A stretch of DNA of 64,000 nucleotides from Saccostrea echinata. Taxonomy: Eukaryota. Shown here one piece after another: positions 1 to 33,833 of the stretch (the stretch's first letter is position 1; each line of letters begins with the position of its first letter). A model generated the notes under the pieces. The model searched no databases, was not told the origin of the DNA, and worked only from the letters and a program-made list of their open reading frames with translations. The stretch lies in NCBI RefSeq assembly GCF_033153115.1, contig NW_026889752.1, positions 2,294,001 to 2,358,000 on the forward strand. Reading direction: 5' to 3'. The translations under genes were made by a program, and so were the position numbers.

Positions 1-238
1 GAATCCTATCGATTTTTGGTCACAAGGTCAAAAGGCAAGGGTCAAACTGACAAAGGAAGTTATTGGAAGCTCAATATCTTGAGAACCCTGGACTTGATAC
101 ACTGGTTTCCACAGAGTAGTAGATGACCCGTATATTGCTTATGTGGTCACATTGCGGTCAAACTGGACATAGGAGAATATTGACTGCTCGATATCTTGAG
201 AACCCTTTGCATGACAGACATTAAATTTAGTATACAGG

Positions 239-444
239 TAATCTCAGCGAGATTCGTAGGGACTAAAAATTTTGGTCTGGTGTCCCTATGAATCTCAGTA
301 CAGTCTCACACAAGGTGATTCGGGTTTGAAACAAGCGGTCGAAGTCGGGACAAGAAAACCCGAATCACTTAGTGTGACACTGTACTGAGATTCGTAGGGA
401 CACCAGACCAAAATTTTTAGTCCCTACCAATCTCGCTGAGATTA
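239..444. mobile_element. Small palindromic MITE (~206 bp hairpin)
   Basis: Arms TAATCTCAGCGAGATTCGTAGGGACTAAAAATTTTGGTCTGGTGTCCCTA... and ...TAGGGACACCAGACCAAAATTTTTAGTCCCTACCAATCTCGCTGAGATTA are near-perfect reverse complements over ~90 bp. Flanks are GTATACAGG (230-238) and GTATACAGT (445-453), a probable 8-9 bp TSD. Confidence 0.8.
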
Positions 445-3400
445 GTATACAGTCAGGTAGCTCCTTCAAGAAGTAAATTACGTCTGATAGTGATCAAACT
501 AAGTATTATGTTTGCCTCTTACAGTTTAGATGATGTTGCTGTTGCTTACTGTTGCTTTCACTATCATTTCAAACATTCTGCATGTAAATTTAATGTAAAT
601 TGAAAGCTGTTCTCTTTTTATTATCCCACACTAGGGGGAAGGGGGGGGGGGCAAATATATTAATCAAACATTTGTTGTTTGTTTCCTTCCTTCCCTCTTT
701 TATAATCTTTTTTTCTTAATTTTGTGATAGGGGCCTACAGTCAGTGTAAATAGCTGCCATGATATGAAGAATCGCTTAACTTTATACCTGACATTAAGGG
801 TAAAAAAAATAGTTAAATGTACATATAATAGTATCTATTGTTTATATTAAATACTATTTCTTGAATAAGTAATTCATGTATAAATACCAAGATAGATTAT
901 TGCAAAATTTAAAATGATAAAGTTTTAACATGCATGTATGAATGTATAAATTAGTGCCAGTTTGAGTATGAAGTTTGAGTATATGCTAAGTATAAACAAA
1001 TCTGACTACCTCTTTCAGCAAAGTTCTTGTATCACAATGATAGAATATTGACTATTACATATTGTATATGAAGTTAATTAAAATGGTGTTTATAAGCTTT
1101 TAAAAAATATTGTTTGTTTGCAGTTGCTTACTGACCCACTTAAAATGTACCAAATCTGTTTTTTTTTCCCAGCTATTTATTACAAGATTTTTTTTTCCAA
1201 TATTTAATTTTTTTCTATTGAAAAGGACAGAACATTCAAATTGGGATGTTTAAATATGGTGAAAATCCCTATAACTCATAATCCAAACAAAAACCTAAAA
1301 ACTAGGGGGAAAATGTAAAAATGTAGCAGGGTGAAAGAAATGTCCCTGCTTACATGCAAGTTTTAAAAAATGTGTAAGTCCAAGAATGTGAATATAACAA
1401 TGGGTAGAAATGACACAAAAATATATCACACTGTTGCTTTTGTTTTCTGGAATAACTTGTCTATACCACAACATCCTTAAGCTGTTTGAAATGGTGATCC
1501 CTTACAAGCAAAGTAATAAAAAAGGTGCAAAACAGTGCATCATTAATTTTTAAGGCCATAAAGTCTCGAATGCAGTATGTGATTTCTTTGAGAATTTTAA
1601 AAGTTTAAGGGTCATAAATTTTGTAAGAATGGGTCATTAAACACAAAACTAAAACCTGATCATAGATATCAAAATTCATACCAAAAACCAGCTTATTATC
1701 TAAAACAAAAAACTCTAGAAAACTACGACAGAATGACAGACCCAGAGGGTAACACTACATGTGTATATGCCCCAGGCCATTTCAAGGTGGGGGCATAAAA
1801 AATATTTACCTACCCACCTATTCTAAAAATTGTGGGTTGGCAACTGCAAACAAAGAAATTTTTAAGCTTGGCCTTAAGCACTTTCAAGTTATTGCAAACA
1901 TACACTAAATAAATATACAACCTAAAAGCCCTACACAAACACGACTAATGAAACAAAGAGAAATGACAATGCTTACTGTAAATTCATTTAAGTATAAATT
2001 TCTTTCAAGAATCGCCATAGTTTATACATTTTAGAGTATTCATTTTAAATAATTACTCATTAATGACATTAAAAATCAACATCATAAATTGTTTTGCATG
2101 AAATCTGAACACTCTTGAAATCATTAATGTAATTCATACAAGTCAGACAATGAATTACTGGAAAATCACTAACTTCCGTGGGGGTTTCATTTTTATTGTT
2201 TTCAAGGTATAAAGAGATCCATGAATCATGTCCATCACGAAAATGTAAAATTTCATAAACATAACTACTGAACACTTCCTCAACCATGAAATCAAATTCC
2301 CACAAACCAATATTTTTTTCTTCAAACTTAGAAATTTGACCCCACGAAAATATAAGCTTTCACAGTAAAATCAAAGTTTAATGTGGACACATAATACCTG
2401 CAGTAATAAATTACATGTACTGGTATATAGGTACAACCAACGTAACAAAAAAGCCATTAATAGTAAAATAAAACAAGAATAAAACTGAAAATTAAAATGA
2501 CAGTCAAATAAATAAATTGTTTAGTCTCCCAAGATTTTTCTGTTCTCGTTCAAATATACACCTGAAAATGTTATAATAAAGTGCCAAAACTATAAGATAT
2601 TACAATAGCTACCCATTAACAAAACATATAATAACAAAAACAAAACAAAATCAGGTCCCTATATTTATCAACAAATTTTATTCACTTCTGGGATCAATTG
2701 TAATGACTCTGAAACAGAATGTATATCTTGTTTATGAATTTTATATCAATGTGTATTTTTTATTTTGAGCAACATGAAATAAATAAATAAATATACAATC
2801 TAATAAACAACCTTCACAAATGAAACAAATAGAAATAGCAACTTAAAAAGCTTCTTGTAAATTTATTTAAGTCTTCTACAAGAAATGCCCTAGTTTATAC
2901 ATGTGCGTAATCAGTGTAATATTACACAACTGTGCAAAAGCCAAAAGTACTTTAACAATTTCAGTATGAACACAGATTTAGGTGGTCAACTGAAATAAAT
3001 TAATAGTCATTAAAATTAAATTTCTGCAAAAGCTGGTGACTTTAAAAATCACTTCATCATAAGTTGTCTTTCATGAAATCTTAACACTCTTGAAATCAAT
3101 TATATAATTCAACTAAGTCAGAAAATGAACCATAATCATCTCTGAACTATTGATGTAATGGAACAAGTTCATTGAAAGTCTACAATAAACATGATAAAGC
3201 TGAATAAAGCTTATGATCTATAAATTATTTTTGACAAATGTAAGATTTTAAAGAAGGGATGTTATTAAATCAAATAAGTTTAATTGAAATTTATTAATTG
3301 GATGTACAAATATTTATATTGATTTAGTTAAAAAAAATATGAAGTAAAGGTGGATTGCTTGTGTTGTTTACATGGATCAGCATGTTAACAATAGGTACTT

Positions 3401-3875
3401 GTGCCCCCTATACTGTGCTCTTTAAATTCTATTTTTTGATTTTGTTCAACATCAGCTGCTTACCATTCAACACACAATCATGACAATAAAACCATATACT
3501 GCTAACATTTTCAGACTTTAAAAAGTAGTCACTCAAACAAAAATTACGCTTAAACATGTATCTATGGTACTTACAATTTATCTGTAAATATCGAATATAT
3601 AAAAACACGAAACGATTCAATATACATGATTGCAGATGCACACAGGTGTAGCAAAGAAATACTACCAATTTCATCACAATTCAGAATTTATTCATTTACC
3701 ATTTTCTAATGCTTGATAAACATAGTGCACTCAAAAAAAACATGAAATTTTATGAACATGATGAAAATAAGTACCCTTAAATCACCCCCCCCCCCCCCAA
3801 AAAAAAACCCCATATATTTGAACACATTTACATCTGTACAAACCAAATATAAATTTGCATCAGAATCGTCCACAA

Positions 3876-6233
3876 TCATATTGGCAAACTGTCTGGTAGG
3901 ATGACCACAGTCAATCCATGAGTTTTGATGTCATTTTCGTAGCCCAATGAGTCTCCCATGTTGATACATGGACCATAGCTTGACACCTGGTTTACGGTAT
4001 CATTCATAATTTTCACCTCTGCAAAGCCGTTTCGTTCTCTTTTGGTCAAGCGGATCACCCTAAGCTTGAAGGGAACCAGATTCCCCAGTGCACTGACCGG
4101 GGAGGGAAGTAGATCTAGTTCGTTAGGTTTTCTGTTTTGGTATTTCCATTTCAAAGTGGCTCCGTATTTTGCCGACATGTGTGATGGCGTTTGGAAATAA
4201 TGTTCCCAAAATGTTGTGGTTTTGAAAGTGGTTCCACAACGTTCGGTGTATATTCTTGGGACGTAATTTTTGAACATTTTGTCTTCAGGTGGAATTTGAA
4301 CTCCCAAGCCAAATGAGTGGTACTTGTAGCTTATGTAGAACTTGGGAAGCAGTAACATTACAAAATCCTGTATTTCTTTCATCTTTTCAATCTTATCAAT
4401 ATCATCGGGAGAAAGCATTGGGGCACGGACACTGCCAAACAACTTGACAATATCATCTCGCAGACTTTCCTGAACTGGTCGATCATATGCCTTCATCCAC
4501 TTTATTATTGCCTGGATGATATCCATTTCCGACTTGCAAACTATGGCGCCAGAATCCAACACCAAACTCAGCTCATTGGTTTCCAGTTCCACCAGCTTTC
4601 CACTGAGGTTGAAATGCTCAAAATTATGGCTTATGTACGTAATGCACTTATTGTACAATGCCTTGACATCATATTTCAAAGCAAACCTAAACCAAGGGAT
4701 GGCATTTTCACCACAGACTTCCTCAACCATGAAATCAATGCACAGTGAAGCGAGATCTTTGACCAGATACTTATCAGCCAATAGACCGAGTGGAATGACA
4801 TTTTCCTCATTCAGCTTTACTTTCCATGTGTAGAGAAACTCAAGGAATTCTGGGAAAACTTCCTCGCAGTCACCAGTTTCCTCCAAATGAAGATCAGAGG
4901 TCGAACACCAGACCTGAAATTAGAAATTAAGTTTAAAAAATTACTTTATGATTGGAAATCTGATTTTACTCTATACTGGAGTTTTCCACATCCATCCAAT
5001 GCATATCATCATAGGAAAAAAATATTCTCCATAGAAATTTTAAATATTCTCTTTATCTCTATCACTTATAATCAGACTCATTCAAGCTCTTGGATTTGTG
5101 CCAAAATCTAAGAGACAAAAATTTGGCACATAATGAAATTGAAGAGCTTAAATGAAGGCGAGTAAATATGCATGGACTGCAAGATTTCCTAGGTTCTGCA
5201 TTTTCACTTGTTTCACTTTGAATTTTTATACATGCTGCAGGGTTGTTCCTAAGACCCGGGGAATTTCCCCACCTTTATGATGTAATCCCCCGGTTATTTT
5301 GGTATTCCTCATAAATCCCCATTAGGGGAGGAACCCCAGATCCCATTTTACTTTTTAAATGTCCCCTTCTATTTCATTACTTAAGGAAAACCCTGCAGGA
5401 TGATTGTAAATGATTTTGGTCTGAAAAATTTTTTGTGTTCAGTTCTTTGTGTCCCTTGAGTACAAAGGACAGACTGTCCTACGAGACCCCAAAAACTTTT
5501 GCATCCACTGAAAATAGTCTTTGGCCAATTGTACATGTATCCCCAAACCTGATTTTGTTTATGAAATATTACTTTCAAACTAATTCTTGACTGGGGGTTG
5601 CAATATACAGCATTCCTGATTCTCTCTGTATATAATGCATGCAAGGCCTAGAAAAAGAAATATGTTTCCACTTTCAAGCTTATGGTACATAGGGATTAGA
5701 AAGGCACTTATTCACTTTTTGTGAATTTCTTCAAACAAAACATGGATGACGATAGGACTGATGCTTTGAAACATTTCTGTGATTTAAATTTACATTCGAA
5801 ATTTTTATACATTGGAAAAAATACAAAATTCAGATCCTCACTGATAAACATTTTGAAAAAGAAAAAAAGGTCAGTGCTATATTTTAGGGTTAGTGTGTTA
5901 AGCAGAAACATATTTTTTTTTTCCAAGGTCAAAGGTTTGTTACCAGATTTGTGAGTAGAGACAAAACTGATGGAAAAATGGAAACTTTTAACCATCATGT
6001 TAACACTCGAGACTTACAGACGAAAGCATGGTTTGAAAGACTTCACTGGCGCTTGCCAGAACAATGCGATGACCAAAATAGGTTGTGTCTCCAACCGTGA
6101 TTCTAACATCACTGAATTCTTCGTTACAACAGAAAACCCCATAATCTGGCGGCTGCGCCCCATTCAGTTGTTGTCCATACTTTTGCATCAGGCGTTTTCC
6201 ATATTTCAAAGAGGAAGTTGAACCTTCCATCAT
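3876..6233 (-). CDS. BTB/POZ + BACK domain protein (BTBD17-like family), 417 aa, 2 coding exons: complement(join(3876..4913,6018..6233))
   Basis: Exon A encodes the BTB start (FSDVRITVGDTTYFGHRIVLASASEVFQTMLSS) and ends at a GTAAGT donor. Acceptor TTTCAG at 4914-4915 continues in phase 0 (VWCSTSDLHLEETGDCEEVFPEFLEFLYT...LLADKYLVKDLASLC), followed by BACK-like helices (KCITYISHNF...KSEMDIIQAIIKW...VRAPML). An acceptor just upstream of the ATG (6243-6244) implies a 5' UTR exon further right. Confidence 0.9.
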
Positions 6234-6433
6234 GTCGAAACCCTGTGTGATTATAAAAACATGTTAATTAACAAATACTTGATACTATAAATGTCATATA
6301 CAAGTATATGTAAACTAGAATTCCTTAATATTGACAATATAAAAATAAAAGTCATACATGAGTACACAACAATAAGATGTTAACAGAAATTTCCTATTAT
6401 CAACAATAAAGTAAGAATATTTCATTGCTTTAA

Positions 6434-7223
6434 AGGTGCTTGGACACAGATTTGAAGTTAATAATATTTTCTCTAATTTTCTGAATAATTTCATGACTCA
6501 GATGTTGCTATACCATTTCACACTAAAATATAATATAAATCGTATTTCATCTTGAAGTTATTAAAACTTTGAATTTCTGGACACATTGGATTGACACATC
6601 CTTGCGCTTTCACATATTTTAATTTTATTCTTAATACAGTACTTAAGAAAAGTGGCAATTTTGTTGTGCATTAATGAAAAATATTAAAACTATAACCCAG
6701 AAAATTCAGAGTAGAAATGTTCGAAAGCAAAACCCACACACAGTATTGTCAGTCCGTGCTCAGTGGGGTGTGCAGAGTTTGACAATTGAACACACCCGGT
6801 GAATCGTAAACATGAACTGTTGAACAATAACAGAGCTCATGCCCTGCTTACAAAAACAGTTTACGTTTCACAGGTGTGTTCAATTTGTTAAACTCTGTAC
6901 ACATCACAGAGCACGGACTGACAATACTGGTGAGTTGGTTTTGCTTTCGAACATTTCTACTCTGAATTTTCTGGATTATAGATGTAATATTTTTCATTAA
7001 TACATAACCAAATCGCTTCTTTTCTTAAATATTAAGGATAAAGTTAATATTTGTGTAACTGCAAAGATGTGTTAATCAAACGAGTCCCGGAATTCGTAGT
7101 TCCAATAATTTCAAGATAAAATAAGTTTTTAAATATATTTTTGTGTGAAATCTATTGCAATAGTCATGATATTATCCAGAAAATTTGAGAAAATATTAAG
7201 TTCAAATCTGTGTCTAAGCACCT
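6434..7223. mobile_element. Kolobok-like non-autonomous foldback element (whole element palindromic) in the BTB gene 5' intron
   Basis: Termini TTAA|AGGTGCTTGGACACAGATTTGAA ... TTCAAATCTGTGTCTAAGCACCT|TTAA give a TTAA TSD and purine-purine ends. Internal arms (6700-6810 vs 6858-6972) are also reverse complements. Confidence 0.8.
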
Positions 7224-8139
7224 TTAATATAATCAATCAATAGTTAGTTAAACTTAAAACATCATCTTGTCATGAGGCTCATAAGGCCTGTGTTTATACC
7301 CATTTTCTGTAATGCTAAGCAGATGAGAATCATTAATTCCCATTGGATGGGACACCAGCCCATAGCAGGTTAACCCCCAGCATACAATGTAAGCCAGTGC
7401 CAATTACAGCTGGGTGGGGTGAGACATGACAGATGATACAAAAAATCTTTCTTTATAATCATGAAAATAACAACTTAAGCCATGTTAACATTTAAGTAAC
7501 ATGAAAGTTTAGCCACATGTTTTTTTTTTTAATCTTATATTTAAAATGTTCACATTAATGTTCATGATGTTGTTGGAAACATACTAGGCTAGTGATAAAA
7601 AAAGGTATGAAAAAGGTAAAAATTGGAACTCCAGAGTTTTATTTGTAGCATCTGTCCTTAAGCAAATTTTCCTAAATTATATATATTTTATCACTGTAAA
7701 ATATGGCTCCAGTCCATGTAGGTGATCAAAAATTGCCTAAGGGCATAAAAGGAACATACAAATATGTTGTGAACATCGCCGCTTCCCCTCCCTCGCCCCA
7801 AAGTTAATTTTACTTGAGAACAAGTATCGTTCATTCTTGAAACTTGTAGTGCGCCATAAAATCTTCAAAAATAGATATACACAATTACAAAATAACCTGT
7901 GTGTCCATTAAATCTTTTACTCTTTCCTCCTGTGTTTAAACTATAAAATGCCCGCGCTGTTGTTGCGTTTTAAACTTTATTTAGATAGGTTGTTCTGCGA
8001 ATATGTTAAATTTCACATCTAAAATATGATAAAAAAGAATTTACACGAAAGACAAAATAATATTAAGAGACAGTAAATTTTATGTTTCTGAACTTGAGTT
8101 GAAAGGATAATGGAAAAAATAAATAAAAAGCCCCCAAAA

Positions 8140-8260
8140 AATATGCTTTCCGGAATTTAACATGACGACTTTCACTTTTAGGTACTAATTGGCTAGATCA
8201 ATAAAACGTTTTGAAATTCCGCTTCAGGTTGCTGAGCAAACTGTAAACATCAAGGTATGA
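8140..8260 (+). promoter_or_regulatory. Probable CAPS2 promoter / non-coding first exon, in a head-to-head arrangement with the BTB gene
   Basis: X-box-like GTTGCTGAGCAAAC (8228-8241) is directly followed by forkhead core TGTAAACA (8242-8249) and a donor CAAG|GTATGA (8254/8255). The next acceptor (8663-8664) lies 6 nt before the CAPS2 ATG. An ETS-like TTCCGGAA is at ~8148. Confidence 0.45.
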
Positions 8261-8670
8261 AACTTGTCTAATAAATTAAAATAAGTCACCCTATAGTAGG
8301 TATAGCTTAGTATACCCTAAAGTTTTACCCTTTCGTTAATCTGAACTGTAAATCTAACGAAAAGATGTCACAATTTTCTCATCGCCAATATTGTAATTTT
8401 ATGTGGTTCTGGAAAGATCTAGTGACATGCATAACACAGTAACAGATGGAACCGCCTTCTTGTTTGGAGTTATGCTCTTAAATAATCTGTAGACCAAAAA
8501 AGCTATCGTAAATTTTGATCCATACTTGTATTTTGTTTAAACAATAACAGCTGATGAAAAGGCAGTGCATGCTTACCTTTAAAGGCCTTTTTAGGAAAAA
8601 AAAAATTACTGAACATGTAAACATGTTAAATATGTAAATATGTTGATATATTTTTTTTTTACAGATTGAT

Positions 8671-30181
<21,511 letters not shown>

Positions 30182-32012
30182 AATATAGGATTGAATTAGA
30201 ACAGGTGTGATAGTAACAGAACTTCTTGGACAGGTATTGGCAGTGTTTGATAATAGCCAGGAGTTTTCCAGAGGAGATGAAAAAGTATTAGATTAAAAGG
30301 AAACTTGTGTCTAGATCATTTAAATTTACCAGGAAGTTCAAACCCTTTGTGTGTAAAAGATAGATAGATGTTTGTGCAAGTATGGGAAATCAGAAATGGA
30401 GACTTTTATATAATTTAAGAACACAAGTCAAAAAGGTTCAGGGTAAACATGTGCTAGAAGTAGGAGTTGTCGTAGTTATTAAAAAATTTATGTATATTGC
30501 TATTGTTTCCACAAAGAACAGAAGAAAAGACATTCTTAGTATAGGAAAGAAAGACCAGATACGTTTAATGGTATGGAAATAAGTACAGAGCAGAAAGTCA
30601 GAACATTGATTCCGGTGATTAATAATATGTGTTTTAAAGAATTTGAGCTATGAAAAAAAATGTTTTGTTCCAAAAATGGGAGCATCATGAGTTTTGCCAC
30701 CTTGAAGAGAATTACAGAAAATAAAAATTGAACATATATTGCCAAAACAATTTGATAATACATGTATATACAATGTATGTAAATTTGATTTATTGCCTAC
30801 AAAATACATTCATGCTTGCTTGTGATGTAAACGTGTATGTCTATATCTCAGGAACAAAGTTTCATTTTTCCTTTGATGATTGAATTAGAAATTTTGTTTT
30901 ATGAATTTTGTCAATGTGTAATTAATCCATGTTGTTTATGATATGTTTCTATCTGTGATATTTATCCTTTTTTAATTCAAGATGCAGAAATGAGAATTAT
31001 GTTTTGTTTTTTTTTTAAATCAAAGATCCCATGTCTTTTATTTTGTTACCTTTAACTGTTTGATCATGTTTATTCAAATTTTCAATGCCAATGTTTTACG
31101 CTGAAAAGCTTTTCTGATCAAATTTTTCTGTTGTCCATTTATTAACATTTTCCACCTCTTTTCAAGAACCACTGTGTTGATTTAATTTCAACCAAACTTG
31201 ATACAGAGTATCCATAGGCAAGATTCAGGTTTGTTGAAATGAAGGTAAATGCTTCTTTCTTAAAATGGAAATATAAAAGAATAGAACTAGGTTGGATTAC
31301 ATAAATATTTTATTCTCAGGAAGCACTTTGGCAGAAAATCATTATGTAGAGTCTAGGATAAGGATCATATGTACTTCTAATTATGGCCCTTATTAGCTGC
31401 TGGAATGGGGCCTTAGTTAAGAATGCAAAATTTTATAAAGAAATAAACAGGGCATAATTTTTCATAAAAAAGAATTTTTACATGTAGTAAAATTAATATA
31501 GAAAAATATTTGAATAATGTAGTTTCAAATTAATTTGAATCTTGGCCCTCATGTGTTAAAGAGAACAACCAAAAATCTTAAAAACTACATGCCACAATTT
31601 GGCTCAAATTCAAACAATATGTAAATATGCAAATGGCATGGATCCCAGTTTTGTGTTACGCTGAGGGTGTTAAAAAATCTCTGAACAAATGGAAATAGGT
31701 CAAAAGTCTACCTAGAGATACAAAATATAGTTAAATACAAATAAAACAAGATAGAGAGAGAGAGAGATTAGGAACGTCATGACAACAGTTAATCAAAATA
31801 TAAATACAAGAGAAAGTGTGAGGAGAAATTTGACTTGGGTGATCTTTGTGAATTATTGGTCTTACTCTTTTTTTAACAAATTTAAGCCGTCCTATGAATT
31901 TTTTATATAATTAAATTTTTAAGTATAATTTATAAGTCTTTTATAGGGAATAAGTTTACAGAACTTAGAAAATGTGTTTCCATTAGTATATTTAAAGACA
32001 GTCATGTACTAA

Positions 32013-33468
32013 AGGGGCCTGGACACAGATTTAAAGTTAATGTTTTCTCAATTTTTCTGTATAATATCATGTTTTATATGTTGCTATAGCATTTCACATG
32101 GAAATATAATTAAAGCCTGTTCAGAAACTTCTTTTATCTGGAAATTATTGAAACTACGAATTTCGGGACCTGTTTGATTGACACATCCTTGCACTTTCAC
32201 AAAGTAAACTTTATCCATAAGGAGGGATTCTTCGCATATTTATTGTATTTAAAAGTTAATGAAATTTTCACAGATTCAAGAAGACAATATCACTAAGTAA
32301 TGGTATCAATTAGATTAAATTTGACTGCTTTATTTTAGAAGCAAGTTCAGGTTAAGGTCACTGTATCTTTTTCCTTGACATTAAGAATAAAAAAATACTG
32401 TTACCATTCATCTGATGCCTACTTCTATTTCAAAAGACTAAATATTTTTCTGCTTGCATAAAAAGATCTCACCATACAGGGTCTATCAGGTGATATTACC
32501 AAATTAAAATAACTAAAAAAGATATTGGCTAACCCGAATTTCCTCTATTTTTCTTATTTTTTATGGAATGTTAGTTATTTTTGTATGCTTCATATATTTA
32601 AAAATTTTTTGTTTTCACATATGGTGAAGTAATCATATAAAGATACAAAGTGATACAAACATAAAAAAGTTTTGACCGTCTAGTAAGAGAGAAAAACACT
32701 TTTTACTGACTTTTTTTGCTAAAATCTGTTCTTAGATTGGAAGCTCTCAGAAGCTAGCAAGATTGTAGTTTTTTTTCTAGAAAATCACATTTATATAATA
32801 TATTTTAAAACTTTTAGTCCATAGTTATTAATTTCAATCATTTCAGAAAATTTCTTGTAGTTAAGGATTGTTAAAATTTTAACTAAATTCATTGTTCTTA
32901 GTAATTTTATGAAGCAGAAAATGAGATATTTTCATATGCCGCACTTCCGCCGAAAATATAGTCCCTGCTAGATTTCAAACTATGTTTACCATTTCTATTC
33001 AAAGTTGTACAATTATGACAAGGAAAGAAAATTATGATCTTTTTATTCCCTTACATCTAAATATATAAGACAAATAAGCAAATATACTTTGAATATTTCA
33101 TGACGTCAGAAACCAGACAAGAATCCCTCCTTAAGTTAATACTTAGGAAAAGTAGAAAATTTGTTGTGTATTAATGAAAAATATTAAAACTTTAATCAGA
33201 GTAGAAATGTGAGAAAGCAGAACCAACTCACCAGTATTGTCAGTGATGTGTGCAGAGTTTAACAAATTGAACATACCTGGAGAAACATTAAAAATAATAG
33301 AGCTCGTGTCCTGTTTACAAAAACAGATGTTTGACATGATGTAAAGAAGAATATCGTTATCATTAAATTCTAAGAATATTCATATAAGTTCAATTCCTTT
33401 AACTGGTTTTATTTTATGTATATAACAGAAATTTAAAATGTAAACAATGCGACTGTGTCCAGGCCCCT
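32013..33468. mobile_element. Kolobok-like element (same family as 6434-7223) containing a nested second Kolobok-like element at 32221-33130
   Basis: Outer TIR is AGGGGCCTGGACACAG / CTGTGTCCAGGCCCCT|TTAA, and its body matches 6434-6860 (GACACATCCTTGC, CAGTATTGTCAGT). Inner TIR is ATAA|GGAGGGATTC ... GAATCCCTCC|TTAA. Confidence 0.75.
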
Positions 33469-33833
33469 TTAATATTATCAGAGTTTTTCAAATTGAAAAT
33501 CATAATCATTCTGAATTGAAGAAAAAAGAAATAACATTCAGTGGCACAGCATACACATTTGAAAAAAAAAATAATGAAAATTTCTTTGATGTATGGTGGC
33601 ATAGTTCTGCCCCCTACATGCAAGATGAATTATGTTAACATGCAGCATAATTATGTCGACATGCGACTTATTTATGTCAACATGCGACTTATTTATTTCA
33701 ACATGTTATACATATATAATTATGTAGACATGGGACTTATTTATGTCATCATGCAAGATAATTATGTAGACATGCAACTTATGTCAGAATGCAAGATAAT
33801 TATGTTAACATGCGAGGTAATTATGTAAACATG

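Noticed and set aside
33541-33828. 95-aa ORF with repeated NYVDM/LIYVNM motifs
   Set aside because: It is the translation of a ~21-bp minisatellite element, not a protein repeat.
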